From: a virus
Lineage: Duplodnaviria > Caudoviricetes
Virus record (IMG/VR): IMGVR_UViG_3300031800_000537
Span: 1 to 53,326 of that record
Direction: 5' to 3' (one strand)
DNA: 53,326 nucleotides
A program made the position numbers and the translations under genes. A model generated the notes under the pieces. It was not told the origin of the DNA. It worked only from the letters and a program-made list of their open reading frames with translations, and made no database searches. Shown here piece after piece: positions 1 to 8,999 of the stretch (position 1 is the stretch's first letter; each line of letters starts with the position of its first letter).

Positions 1-74
1 GTTGCCACACGCCCATCGGAAAACTGCCCGTTTTCTTCGCAAGCCTTGCAAGTTGTTTTAATAAGTGTTTTCAT
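1..74 (-). CDS. hypothetical protein, 5' part only (runs off window)
   Basis: ATG at 74 preceded by GGAGGA; reads MKTLIKTTCKACEENGQ (CxxC). Confidence 0.5.
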   Translation of the reverse strand, partial: MKTLIKTTCKACEENGQFSDGRVA

Positions 75-251
75 TTAATCCTCCAATTTTTTTACTCGGT
101 AGTTGTTGCTGTCGGTATCGGTATGTGAGTAGCTTAATTCCATTTCGTCGCCTTCCCCTTGCAGGGCAAGCTCTATTGCTTCCTCTTTACTGTCTGCAAT
201 TATCGTCCAAATGGCATAATGCACTTCGGGTATTGTTATTTCGTATTTCAT
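75..251 (-). CDS. small hypothetical protein (58 aa)
   Basis: Hand-translated, below ORF-track cut-off: MKYEITIPEVHYAIWTIIADSKEEAIELA...; GGAG upstream; fills the gap exactly. Confidence 0.6.
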   Translation of the reverse strand: MKYEITIPEVHYAIWTIIADSKEEAIELALQGEGDEMELSYSHTDTDSNNYRVKKLED

Positions 252-254
252 AAT

Positions 255-410
255 TTAATTCTCCAATAAATAATTTGTCGGTGTGTTTCCTTTTAATTGT
301 ATCTGAAATTCATCTTTCCAAATTGTAATTACATCGCCTTGCTCAAGCCTCCCTTGGAGTGCTTTAATTTCTTCTTTAACTTGTCGAATCTGTAATACTT
401 TCTTTTCCAT
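255..410 (-). CDS. small hypothetical protein
   Basis: ORF track 255..440; start moved to MEKKV at 410, which has a GGGGGA SD and no overlap. Confidence 0.55.
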   Translation of the reverse strand: MEKKVLQIRQVKEEIKALQGRLEQGDVITIWKDEFQIQLKGNTPTNYLLEN

Positions 411-411
411 T

Positions 412-597
412 TTATTCCCCCAATACATTGAACGGTTCATTCTCTAGTGCATAATCTTCAATCTCATCGAGCATTTCCACCAGCCCCCAAAGTTCGCTAT
501 CTTTGTCGTCCCAAAGTTTAGCAATCAATAGCTGCCTTTGTCTTTGCAACAGCATCATATCTACGTTTTTTACTTCGATTATGTGTAGTTTTTTCAT
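412..597 (-). CDS. small hypothetical protein
   Basis: 61-aa ORF, GAGGGA SD, tightly packed. Confidence 0.6.
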   Translation of the reverse strand: MKKLHIIEVKNVDMMLLQRQRQLLIAKLWDDKDSELWGLVEMLDEIEDYALENEPFNVLGE

Positions 598-598
598 T

Positions 599-769
599 TT
601 AATCCCTCACTTTCACTTCAAGGATTTCGTACCCCATTGCTGCTGCTTGGTGTTCGTAAGCCTTGAGGACTGCCTCTATGTCCCTAAACACTCCCTGCGT
701 TAGTGTCCACAAGGGGTTGCTGCATCTTACGGGTTCGCTGTACTTAATTTTCATCCAATACTGTTTCAT
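599..769 (-). CDS. small hypothetical protein (56 aa)
   Basis: Hand-translated MKQYWMKIKYSEPV...; AAGGAG upstream; ATGA overlap with previous gene. Confidence 0.55.
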   Translation of the reverse strand: MKQYWMKIKYSEPVRCSNPLWTLTQGVFRDIEAVLKAYEHQAAAMGYEILEVKVRD

Positions 770-918
770 CGTTTCATCTCCTTAAAGTGCTTGTCTATAA
801 TGTCGTGTAGGTCTAATACTTCATCGCTATAAAAGCCCCTTCTTTTCTCGCTCCAATCTTGGAGTGCTGTTTTAATATCTTCCTCCATTTTAATCCATTG
901 TTGTTCTTTTGTGTTCAT
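766..918 (-). CDS. small hypothetical protein (50 aa)
   Basis: Hand-translated MNTKEQQWIKMEEDI...; fits gene packing. Confidence 0.55.
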   Translation of the reverse strand: MNTKEQQWIKMEEDIKTALQDWSEKRRGFYSDEVLDLHDIIDKHFKEMKR

Positions 919-921
919 AAT

Positions 922-1005
922 TTATACTTGTGCTAATAATATCATAGCTTTAATCCACATCAGTCCAAACAGCGAGGTAACGATATATTGTGTGCGTAGT
1001 TTCAT
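922..1005 (-). CDS. putative 27-aa hydrophobic peptide
   Basis: MKLRTQYIVTSLFGLMWIKAMILLAQV with GGAGGA SD. Confidence 0.4.
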   Translation of the reverse strand: MKLRTQYIVTSLFGLMWIKAMILLAQV

Positions 1006-1752
1006 TTAATCCTCCAATACATAGCTCCAATATCTGCTGTCAGTCTGGTCTTGTTTTCTGTCCCACAAGATTGCACGGGCAATCGTTGATGGCACATTCC
1101 ACATGGCGCACATACCTAGCCAGTAATCTTCAATTTCCTTGTAGCGTCGAGCATCTTTAGTCTGACTCAAGCCGTATGCTTGAAACAGGTGTGTATCCAT
1201 GCAAGCTACCTTTGCCTCGTTGGGATAAATCATCTCTAGGGCAAACGATACTTTAGCGATTCCAAGGCCAAGGATACTCTTAACCAATCTATCACGGAAT
1301 GTTTGCCAGTTGCCTTCTTGGTACTTGTACCAATCGGGGTCGCTCCAAAATTTGTGGGCAAACTGCGAGACAAATCTTGTACGATTTTTATGCAAGCCTA
1401 CTCGACTCTCAACGAGTAGTCGTTCAAGCTCATCATCGCGGTTTACCCATTTAGTCCAATCCTTAACGGCTTCATAGCCTCTCACGTTGGATTCCCAACT
1501 GGTATGGACAGACATAAATGCAAAGAGCCAACGCCGAAATACCTCTGTGTCGTTCTTGGGCTTTACGCTTTCCCAATAACTTTTATATCGCTCAACTTCC
1601 TCTGTATTGAAGGAGTTGAATAAGGCATCGACCTTGACGAAATCTACGTCATTACGAATCTTTGTCGGTTTGCCTTTGGAGTCCCAAAGGTTGAATTGCT
1701 CTAGCCCTCTTTCGATTTTGGGGCTTCCGATAAAATCTAACTGCGCTTGCAT
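1006..1752 (-). CDS. HhH-superfamily DNA glycosylase, 8-oxoguanine glycosylase (Ogg2)-like
   Basis: RDRLVKSILGLGIAKVSF...VACMDTHL resembles the Ogg2 GxGxKxxSHF...DRH HhH motif. Confidence 0.6.
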   Translation of the reverse strand: MQAQLDFIGSPKIERGLEQFNLWDSKGKPTKIRNDVDFVKVDALFNSFNTEEVERYKSYWESVKPKNDTEVFRRWLFAFMSVHTSWESNVRGYEAVKDWTKWVNRDDELERLLVESRVGLHKNRTRFVSQFAHKFWSDPDWYKYQEGNWQTFRDRLVKSILGLGIAKVSFALEMIYPNEAKVACMDTHLFQAYGLSQTKDARRYKEIEDYWLGMCAMWNVPSTIARAILWDRKQDQTDSRYWSYVLED

Positions 1753-1779
1753 CCTCCTATGCTAAACGAGTTCTAAACT

Positions 1780-2232
1780 TCAGTCAAGCATTATTTTGCG
1801 TAATTCTATTTTGTAATAATTAAAAATCTCCCTAGCCTGAACATCTCTCTCGTATTCTTCGGAATAAACGACAAGGGGGATGCCGTAAGCCGCTATCATC
1901 GTCGCACAATAAGAGCAAGGTAATAATGTAACAGCAATAAGTCTAGCTTCCCCCTTCTTGAACAGCGACATACAGTTAGCCTCGGCATGAATCATATATT
2001 TGCGCCTGTTATCCCTATCAGACCAAAAATCTTCGGTGGGGTTTACGCCTGACGCTAAACCATTGTAACCAAGACCAAGAACCATGTTCTCTTTATTTAG
2101 GGCGCAAGCCCCAACCTTCATGTACGGGTCTTGGCTGCGTAACGAGGCGGCTTTAGCTATGGTTAGGGCGTATTCTTCCCAAGGTAATCTAGTGGGTAGG
2201 GATTGGGTTGAGTTCGTTTTCATACAATACAT
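1780..2232 (-). CDS. dCMP deaminase
   Basis: KVGAC, GYNG, HAEAN and PCSYC zinc-deaminase motifs. Confidence 0.9.
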   Translation of the reverse strand: MYCMKTNSTQSLPTRLPWEEYALTIAKAASLRSQDPYMKVGACALNKENMVLGLGYNGLASGVNPTEDFWSDRDNRRKYMIHAEANCMSLFKKGEARLIAVTLLPCSYCATMIAAYGIPLVVYSEEYERDVQAREIFNYYKIELRKIMLD

Positions 2233-2737
2233 AGTTTAGGGGGTATTGCTGACCATAGCGTTTTTTTCTCGCTTTTTTAATTAGGTTGTCTTTTGTCTCC
2301 CAACCAAAAAGATGCACTTCTTTCGGCTTTTTTTTGTCATAGCAAACGCCCAAGTAAACATCCACGTTTTTCATCTTCTCAAGGTCTTTCTTTTTTTCAC
2401 ACGGCACTTTTAAGTGTGGGTCTTTCATAACCATCCCGTTCCCGTGGTCAATGAATGATTTTACGTCAACTTTGCCGCCCAACGCATCTATTACCATGTC
2501 GTAGCCATCGTCGCCGTGCTTATCGAAAATCCTTTCGTCTATTTGGACTCCAAAATGCTTGGCTACCGCTATTTCTCCTATTAGTCCCGATGCGTGTGTA
2601 GCTTCCGAACTGCCAGCCTTATCGGAAAGATGCGCGTGTCTGCCGCGACCAAAATATCTTTCCTTCTCGTTCCGTTTTTTTCCTATTTCTTCGGCTTTAT
2701 TTATTTCTTCGTCTGTTAGTTTTACAATTACTCTCAT
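2189..2737 (-). CDS. hypothetical protein, possible PD-(D/E)xK nuclease fold
   Basis: GEIAV...DDGYD...VDVKS pattern. Confidence 0.45.
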   Translation of the reverse strand: MRVIVKLTDEEINKAEEIGKKRNEKERYFGRGRHAHLSDKAGSSEATHASGLIGEIAVAKHFGVQIDERIFDKHGDDGYDMVIDALGGKVDVKSFIDHGNGMVMKDPHLKVPCEKKKDLEKMKNVDVYLGVCYDKKKPKEVHLFGWETKDNLIKKARKKRYGQQYPLNYVLYENELNPIPTH

Positions 2738-3462
2738 AGATTCTCCAAAATTTTTATTGTCTCCTCTGGCCCCGTAACTGGAAAAACCTCCCCGTCACCA
2801 TTGGCCCTAATGTCTTGCGCTATATCGTAGTCGTTTCCGCCTTCATTCGTTTTGTCGCCAAAGAACATCATCCTACCTCCTATATTAGCACGAATATATT
2901 TGCTTGCAAGTGATTTGTTTTTTCCTTTGGGTTGTATGTCCATGCTTATTCTGCCGCCTATAAGAATATCTATATTTGGATATTTGTCTCTCAAACTAGA
3001 CGCTATACTCTCCCTTTCCCCGTGTATCTTGTCCCATTTGAAGTAAGCCTTTCTTTCTTCCATATTTGAATCTCTCCCCGCGACGGAAAAATTCATCATG
3101 CCTGACCTGTGTTCTAAATAGTTATTTTTCTTAACGGGATACGGGGAACTCATTTGGAACTTACACAAATCTGAAATAAGCTCAATAGGCGGCTTCCATT
3201 TATTTTGGTAAATCAATTCCTTCTTGCCGTTGACGACCCAAAGCTCATTAGCCATGCTGCAAAAAACACCCTCCAACCTCTGAAGTATGCTGGGTACTAT
3301 TTGGTGTTCTACCTTGTCGAGTCCACTACCAGCAACTATGTAGACATCTTTATTTGCCATCCAAGAGAGGAAACTAACAATGTGACCCATCTGCATCTTT
3401 TTTTGAGGAAGGGTTAGCGTGCCGTCAACATCAAATAGATAGCTTATATTTTCTTCGCCCAT
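2734..3462 (-). CDS. HAD-IIB phosphomannomutase (eukaryote-type PMM family)
   Basis: FDVDGTLT, EHRSGMMNFS, GGRISMDI, FFGDKTNEGGNDY. Confidence 0.85.
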   Translation of the reverse strand: MGEENISYLFDVDGTLTLPQKKMQMGHIVSFLSWMANKDVYIVAGSGLDKVEHQIVPSILQRLEGVFCSMANELWVVNGKKELIYQNKWKPPIELISDLCKFQMSSPYPVKKNNYLEHRSGMMNFSVAGRDSNMEERKAYFKWDKIHGERESIASSLRDKYPNIDILIGGRISMDIQPKGKNKSLASKYIRANIGGRMMFFGDKTNEGGNDYDIAQDIRANGDGEVFPVTGPEETIKILENL

Positions 3463-3803
3463 CCTTCGGCCACCATCATTTCGTTTATTATTTTGCCTTC
3501 ATACTTTTCACTTCTGAAGTAATAGCCAGTAATATGCAACTCTCCTATACATCTCCCATATTTGCCAACTCCATGAGAAATGAGCAAAAATTCATCTTTA
3601 TTTGCGGCGATTGCGTCTTCAAGCACCTTCTTGGCTATAAACCCTTTTTTCTTTTCTTCTTTATTTCTGGTGCGAATTTCGGGAGTATCTATACCAGCGA
3701 GCCTAATGCGTTTTTTAACCCAAATATCAAACCCAAGGTCAACCATAGCATCAACGGTGTCGCCGTCGATTACTCTTACTAGCTTGCATTTATATTTGTG
3801 CAT
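3444..3803 (-). CDS. thermonuclease (SNase)-like nuclease
   Basis: VRVIDGDT, RIRLAGIDTPE, KYGR, INEMMVAEG. Confidence 0.85.
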   Translation of the reverse strand: MHKYKCKLVRVIDGDTVDAMVDLGFDIWVKKRIRLAGIDTPEIRTRNKEEKKKGFIAKKVLEDAIAANKDEFLLISHGVGKYGRCIGELHITGYYFRSEKYEGKIINEMMVAEGWAKKI

Positions 3804-4031
3804 TTAATTTATCCACTTAATATAGCCGTAGATGTTCATAGTTACCAAGGCAAAGGACATCACCGCTGTGGGCCATGCTCTTTTCTCCACGCAATATAAT
3901 CCGACCAAGGAGTTGCCAACAATCCACACTAGCCAACAATAATTGCTCATATTTGCGTTGAGGTAGTATCCATACAATACCAAAAGTGCGCCCAACCAGC
4001 CCAGCGCGTGATGTTCGTATAGCTGTTTCAT
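3804..4031 (-). CDS. small 3-TM membrane protein, PnuC/SemiSWEET-like half transporter
   Basis: Start moved to MKQLY at 4031; three hydrophobic helices; WLVWIVGN and NIYGYIKW as in PnuC-like proteins. Confidence 0.55.
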   Translation of the reverse strand: MKQLYEHHALGWLGALLVLYGYYLNANMSNYCWLVWIVGNSLVGLYCVEKRAWPTAVMSFALVTMNIYGYIKWIN

Positions 4032-4606
4032 CCGAGCCTCCTGCTTTCGTAGCTGGCGGGGTAAAGTTTCTTCTCTAAAGAATAACACGATTGCAGCAAA
4101 TCTTCCCTCACTCCTAAAAGGTGTCTTATTTCTCCTACTTGATAATCCAATAGCTCCTTGAAGCCTACTTCGGATAAATCTACTTCGCATTTATTTCCAG
4201 CGACAACGCCGAAGGTAAAAACAAGCCTCTCGTCTTCTCCAAACCTGTATCCTTCTGGATATAGATATTTTGAACAAAACATAAATAAATTTCTTTTAAG
4301 GCGAGATATTTTTTTTGTACTTCCCATAGTGTATCCAATTACAAACGCTTCGTCTTTTAGCAAAAGACCCCTGCCAAGAAGAATGTGAATACAGTCATGG
4401 GTAAATAAATCGACAGCACCACTAAAAAATTCAGACGTAAACCATTTAGGATTCTCGATTAATTTAATCCTTAACGGAACCTCGTCTTGGCGCAGCGTGA
4501 AGTCCTTCATCTGCTCCAAGGACTTTTCCAACGTAAGCAACTCGTCGCCCACAAGGCGGGGGTGCCATTTTTCGAAGTCCGTTAAGCACACTCTATTTTG
4601 CCCCAA
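4028..4606 (-). CDS. hypothetical protein with Coq4-like metal motif
   Basis: HDCIHILLG...DE resembles the Coq4 HDxxH-(x)n-E motif. Confidence 0.5.
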   Translation of the reverse strand: MGQNRVCLTDFEKWHPRLVGDELLTLEKSLEQMKDFTLRQDEVPLRIKLIENPKWFTSEFFSGAVDLFTHDCIHILLGRGLLLKDEAFVIGYTMGSTKKISRLKRNLFMFCSKYLYPEGYRFGEDERLVFTFGVVAGNKCEVDLSEVGFKELLDYQVGEIRHLLGVREDLLQSCYSLEKKLYPASYESRRLG

Positions 4607-5115
4607 TCCGTATACGGTCTATTTGCAACCCAGTTTATTTGCCTTCCCGTGTCTCCGTTAAACCAGTAGTGGGCAACATGAAGTTCTCTAGGCTGTGCAG
4701 ACTCATACTCAAGGTCGTCCAAATCTAAATAATAAACGTCATAGATAGAGTCTATGAGATTTGTATCATCTTTAGCTCTAACGTGCATTTCAACAAAATC
4801 AGTAGCATCGTCAAGAGTAGAGAAATATAATTTGCCGCCATCCATCCAGCCAGCATAAGGACGCCACTCCTCTTCTTCGAAAGTCATATACTCTCTTTCG
4901 GGGGCGAAAGAGCCTCTTGTGTTATAGCTAAACGTCCACTCCCCTTGCTGCCTCTCGTAACAATAAACAACGTACTCCCAACGCTTCCACCCTTCGCTTG
5001 TCTTAGAGCTTTCCCTCTCTGGCCCCTTCTCGTCGTCCTCATATTTGCAGGTGATTGCGATGGCTGGTATTGCTACCACAGGAACAGCCGCTTTAATAAA
5101 TTGTCTCCTATTCAT
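4582..5115 (-). CDS. hypothetical exported protein with twin-arginine-like signal
   Basis: MNRRQFIKAAVPVVAIPAIAITC. Confidence 0.6.
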   Translation of the reverse strand: MNRRQFIKAAVPVVAIPAIAITCKYEDDEKGPERESSKTSEGWKRWEYVVYCYERQQGEWTFSYNTRGSFAPEREYMTFEEEEWRPYAGWMDGGKLYFSTLDDATDFVEMHVRAKDDTNLIDSIYDVYYLDLDDLEYESAQPRELHVAHYWFNGDTGRQINWVANRPYTDWGKIECA

Positions 5116-5144
5116 AATCTATTATAAAACATTATATTTGAAAA

Positions 5145-5831
5145 TCAAGACATATGAGCGCATAAAATAAACATATCAAGGTGTCCTTGTTGGGTTGTGT
5201 TTGCCACCACAGGGCTTCCCCAGTGCCACACTTTGCTATCGTCTACCACCACCATTTCGCCATCGTCAAGTTCATATTTCAAAAATGGCTCGCTTTCGTG
5301 TGTATTAAGTGGCCCACCTTGGTCAACCTCGTATCTATTTTTGTAAAGATGCACTTCCCCACCGCTGATGTTGTGTCTGTTTATTGAAACCATGCCTACT
5401 CGGTCAAAGCCATCTTGGTGAACGCCTTCTGGCGCAAGCTCGGACTTTCCGTTAAGCGTGACGCAGCGCATTTGATGAACGTCAATCTGCTGCCCGTCTA
5501 CCATGTTATTTGCGCGTTTAAAGGTTAGGCATATTTCCTTGAACCCATCGCTTTGCAACACTTCTTCTTCAACGTTTTCAAATTTGCGCTTCATTCCCCC
5601 TTGGTGCTTATTATACTCCGTACTCTGCGTAAACTCTTTTACGGGAAGCTGCCTTATTTCCGCTCCCTCATTAGCGTCCCAAAAACTGGTGCGAAGCTCA
5701 ATTACGGAATAACGCCTGAGTCTGAACTTGCCGTCCTTGTGGTCTGTCTCCGGAAGCCTGTTAAATGAATCTTGTAGCTCTGCTACAGCAGATTTACTTA
5801 TTTTTATTAATTCTATAATAGTTTCATTCAT
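5145..5831 (-). CDS. 2OG-Fe(II) dioxygenase (BsmA/2OG-Fe_Oxy_2-like)
   Basis: RLRRYS, VHQMR, PEGVHQDG (HxD) and distal WH. Confidence 0.8.
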   Translation of the reverse strand: MNETIIELIKISKSAVAELQDSFNRLPETDHKDGKFRLRRYSVIELRTSFWDANEGAEIRQLPVKEFTQSTEYNKHQGGMKRKFENVEEEVLQSDGFKEICLTFKRANNMVDGQQIDVHQMRCVTLNGKSELAPEGVHQDGFDRVGMVSINRHNISGGEVHLYKNRYEVDQGGPLNTHESEPFLKYELDDGEMVVVDDSKVWHWGSPVVANTTQQGHLDMFILCAHMS

Positions 5832-6031
5832 TGTTCGTCTGTCGGGTCTGCGTAGGGAAACGGCTCTCTTTTTCGATTACCCGAATCTAATTCTTTTCGC
5901 ATTTGCTCGCATCTTCCCCACGCTTCTTCTTCTTGTATAGTTTTATAATCTCTAGGGTCATATTTGCCCCAACAGAATACTTCCCAGCACAGTTTCAGTC
6001 TGGTTCTCCAGCTTAGTTTGGTTTTGTCCAT
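5828..6031 (-). CDS. hypothetical protein
   Basis: 67-aa ORF coupled to both neighbours. Confidence 0.6.
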   Translation of the reverse strand: MDKTKLSWRTRLKLCWEVFCWGKYDPRDYKTIQEEEAWGRCEQMRKELDSGNRKREPFPYADPTDEQ

Positions 6032-6576
6032 TATCTAAGCTCCTCCCTTAAAAGTCTCCACCTGTTGCTGTCTATTCTCTTTTCGCCAGTGTCAATCTCT
6101 TTTATCATCTCAATGACCTCTTCGATTGAATCGTAAATATATTTGTGCGGCAACATGCCCATCATCCAGAGCGGGGTCTTACTTTTGCCCCCCTCCATAG
6201 AGATGAAAATCGGTTTCTTCATCCTAACCGCCGTCACAATTTCCTCTGCGCTTCCCCAGCTAGCTACGTCTGGCAAGAGGTGGGCTATTATGAAATCCGA
6301 CCTGTCTACTAAATTTAAATCGTAGCTACGAACAATAGTCATCCTTTCCGCTATGTCATTATAATAGCCGTGGGCCATGCAATGCTCTAGTGAGAGGCGT
6401 TCTTCTTCGTCTTCACTCACATCTTTAACGAAGGGCTTTTTGTAGGGGTTAAAGATTCTAATCCCGAGGGGCTCAAGTTGAGCTTCGGTGTAGTCGCGCC
6501 AGTCCCTTCCCTCGGCGTATTGCATGTGGCCTACGAGGTAGGTTCGGGTTTTGTTAAGTAAGTTCTTTTGCTTCAT
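6031..6576 (-). CDS. nucleoside 2-deoxyribosyltransferase-like protein
   Basis: TYLVGHM, IFNP, DLNLVDRSD, SWGSAEEI. Confidence 0.7.
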   Translation of the reverse strand: MKQKNLLNKTRTYLVGHMQYAEGRDWRDYTEAQLEPLGIRIFNPYKKPFVKDVSEDEEERLSLEHCMAHGYYNDIAERMTIVRSYDLNLVDRSDFIIAHLLPDVASWGSAEEIVTAVRMKKPIFISMEGGKSKTPLWMMGMLPHKYIYDSIEEVIEMIKEIDTGEKRIDSNRWRLLREELR

Positions 6577-6799
6577 GTTTAGAAGGCCTGTAAGTTCCGT
6601 TCTCGTAAGCTTCTCTTAGGGACTGCATCTTTGTTGCATATTTGGCATTGCGGGCTTTTCGGTATTTTTTTCTACTAGGCTTCTCGTAATACCTTTTGTC
6701 TCGGATGATCTTGATTATGCCCTCCCTACTTACTCTTCTCTTTAAGCGTCTTAATGCTCTTTCGACTGGTTCGCCTTTTTTAACTTTAATTTCCACCAT
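6554..6799 (-). CDS. rpsU: ribosomal protein bS21
   Basis: VKKGEPVERALRRLKR...EGI...RYYEKPS. Confidence 0.92.
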   Translation of the reverse strand: MVEIKVKKGEPVERALRRLKRRVSREGIIKIIRDKRYYEKPSRKKYRKARNAKYATKMQSLREAYENGTYRPSKHEAKELT

Positions 6800-6959
6800 A
6801 TTTCTTTTTAAATTTTTTTATCACTTCCCTATTAACGTCCCGCAAAACCCATTTGGAGTTAGAGAGGGAGTCGTCCATCTGCCCCGCTTCGCTTGCGCGT
6901 TCTTCGTAACGTCTCTCCAAAGAAAGCAAAACAGCCCGAATTTCCGCATAAGTAAGCAT
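6786..6959 (-). CDS. small hypothetical protein (57 aa)
   Basis: Hand-translated MLTYAEIRAVLLSLERRYEE...; GTGTAA motif 9 nt upstream. Confidence 0.55.
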   Translation of the reverse strand: MLTYAEIRAVLLSLERRYEERASEAGQMDDSLSNSKWVLRDVNREVIKKFKKKYGGN

Positions 6960-6983
6960 TATTGAATTTTACACTAGCTTTCA

Positions 6984-7574
6984 TCATGTGTACTGAACAA
7001 AGGAGCGCAGCTTTGCGGCTATGTCTTTTTCGGCGGTGAGTTTGATCCACTGGGCGTTAAATAGCAACTGTCTGCTGCCACTTTTTAGGTATAAATCTGT
7101 TGGGACTGTGCTGTTTTTAAGTTTAAGCGACTCGAAGCCTTTCCACGTGAACCCTTCCAAAACGTCTTGAAGCTTTTCGAATGCTTCGTAACACCTTCTT
7201 ATTTCCGTTAGCTTCTTGGAGGCTCCTCTTGAGTTATCGCGGCGGTGGATTTTTCTCTTTTTTACCTCGTCAAGTCCGTCCTTAAGCTCTTTGGATTTTA
7301 GGCGCACAAATTTGACGTCTCCGTCTTTTTTTGAAATCGGATAAAAAAAGGCACCCTTCTCGTCGATGTGTATGTGTGGGACTGAGAGAAGTTTTTTTAC
7401 TATATCAACACTGGCTCTTTTAGCCTTCTTTTTTTTGTTATACCAATAAGCCGCCTTTTTAGCTACCTCTACAAAATTATTAGCAACAACGACCCTAACA
7501 GGTTTACCGCTGTACACTATTTCATATAGTTCTGACACTAATGATAGTCTAAACCCTTTCTGGGCGGAGGTCAA
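6984..7574 (-). CDS. basic hypothetical protein
   Basis: 196-aa K/R-rich ORF. Confidence 0.65.
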   Translation of the reverse strand: MTSAQKGFRLSLVSELYEIVYSGKPVRVVVANNFVEVAKKAAYWYNKKKKAKRASVDIVKKLLSVPHIHIDEKGAFFYPISKKDGDVKFVRLKSKELKDGLDEVKKRKIHRRDNSRGASKKLTEIRRCYEAFEKLQDVLEGFTWKGFESLKLKNSTVPTDLYLKSGSRQLLFNAQWIKLTAEKDIAAKLRSFVQYT

Positions 7575-7768
7575 GGGGATCGTTCAGAATTTTTCAAAAT
7601 ATTGTAGCCTTTATGCGCTATATAGTTTATTTCTATAGCATCTTCCCAAGTCTTATTTTTTTCGTTTCTATTTTTATTTATTAATAAAAGAGACTTTTTG
7701 CCTATTTTTTCAAAGAGATCAAGGGCTAGCTGTACTTTTTTATCGTGACTTTCACCGCAACATGCCAT
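7571..7768 (-). CDS. hypothetical protein
   Basis: Start moved to MACCGESH at 7768 (GTGTAA-N8-ATG), which removes the overlap with the upstream gene. Confidence 0.55.
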   Translation of the reverse strand: MACCGESHDKKVQLALDLFEKIGKKSLLLINKNRNEKNKTWEDAIEINYIAHKGYNILKNSERSP

Positions 7769-7790
7769 GTGTATATTTACACATTTTACG

Positions 7791-8360
7791 TCAGGGAAGA
7801 CGATTTTCAATCTTTGAAATGATCCGTAGGAAAAAGCCCAAGGCTCTAGCGAAAAGCACTAGGAAAAATCTTAATACGAAACCGACACACCACCGCGGTT
7901 TGTACCACCACTTCTTTTTGGCAGCGACTTCTTTCATTAACACCTCTCGTGTTCGCTCTTGGAATTTTACTCGGTCTGTGTTCTTATTTTTTTTCCATTC
8001 GAGAAGTTCGATTTCTTTTAAATCCCCCTTCCAGAATAGGGTTTTGAATGACATAACGAAATCGTATTTGTCTTCTAAATGTACCCCGTGGAAAATCAGT
8101 TCTCCTGTGTACTCTTTTTTTTCTATACCTGTAGAAAAGGGTTCTATGGAATCTTCTTCAACTTTGAAATCCATCTTCTCTTCGTAGATCTGCCCGTCTG
8201 ATTCTATTGAAAACGCGCTAAAAAGATTTTCAGAAAGGGTCTGATTTTCGGAAAAAGTAAATATCGCCTCCTTCCAATCGGGAGGATTTTCCATTTCTTC
8301 CGTCAACTCTTCCGGTATAGGCAGCGGATACTCGACCTTGACTTGGTTTAAATCAAACAT
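7791..8360 (-). CDS. hypothetical protein with hydrophobic/basic C-terminus
   Basis: ORF 7791..8429; likely start MFD at 8360. Confidence 0.6.
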   Translation of the reverse strand: MFDLNQVKVEYPLPIPEELTEEMENPPDWKEAIFTFSENQTLSENLFSAFSIESDGQIYEEKMDFKVEEDSIEPFSTGIEKKEYTGELIFHGVHLEDKYDFVMSFKTLFWKGDLKEIELLEWKKNKNTDRVKFQERTREVLMKEVAAKKKWWYKPRWCVGFVLRFFLVLFARALGFFLRIISKIENRLP

Positions 8361-8955
8361 CCCAGTCCGTCCTTTGAAGTTCTTTCCTAAGATAGTAAAC
8401 CCTCGACATAACCGTTCCGACTGGGACATTAGCCTTGCGGGAAGCCTCTTCGTAAGTCATCCCCCTTAGTAAAACTAGATCGGCTATTTGCTGTTTCTCC
8501 TCGGATAAGGAGCTCATTATTTTATTAAATTTTTTAGACTTAAATGAGAATCCATCTTTTTCCTCCAAATTTTTAGCTGGCGTTTCTATTTCTGGGCGAA
8601 TTTTAGCTAAGAGAAACTCTTCTCCTGACTCGCCGCTGTCATTGGGTTTGCAAACGTCCTCGAAGAAGACTTCTCTCTTTCTTTTTCTTACGTAATCGTA
8701 GAATGAATTGAAAGCTATTCTGATAATCCAAGTGAGCAGCTTGCTTTTATTTTGAAAAAGGCCAATTTTTTTCCAAACTTTTATCCAAGTTATTTGCGCT
8801 ACCTCTTCGGCAAGAAGGTAATCGCCGCATTTCGATAATATAAAAGATTTTACCCTATTGTTATGTTTCTCATAGACAAAATTAAAAGCTTCAGAATCTC
8901 CCTCTTTAAGCAGCCGACAAAGCTCTTTTTCGCTTAGTGATTCATAATCAATCAT
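8353..8955 (-). CDS. ECF-type RNA polymerase sigma factor
   Basis: GDSEAF, AEEVAQITWIKVW, TWIIRIAFN, MTYEEAS...PVGTVMSRVY. Confidence 0.9.
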   Translation of the reverse strand: MIDYESLSEKELCRLLKEGDSEAFNFVYEKHNNRVKSFILSKCGDYLLAEEVAQITWIKVWKKIGLFQNKSKLLTWIIRIAFNSFYDYVRKRKREVFFEDVCKPNDSGESGEEFLLAKIRPEIETPAKNLEEKDGFSFKSKKFNKIMSSLSEEKQQIADLVLLRGMTYEEASRKANVPVGTVMSRVYYLRKELQRTDWDV

Positions 8956-8960
8956 ACAGA

Positions 8961-8989
8961 AAGCTAAGCTTTTTTCTGGGGGAAGTCAA
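8961..8989 (-). promoter_or_regulatory. sigma70-like promoter of the ECF sigma gene
   Basis: TTGACT-N17-TAGCTT, 5 nt before the ATG. Confidence 0.5.
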
Positions 8990-8999
8990 GAGGTATTGT

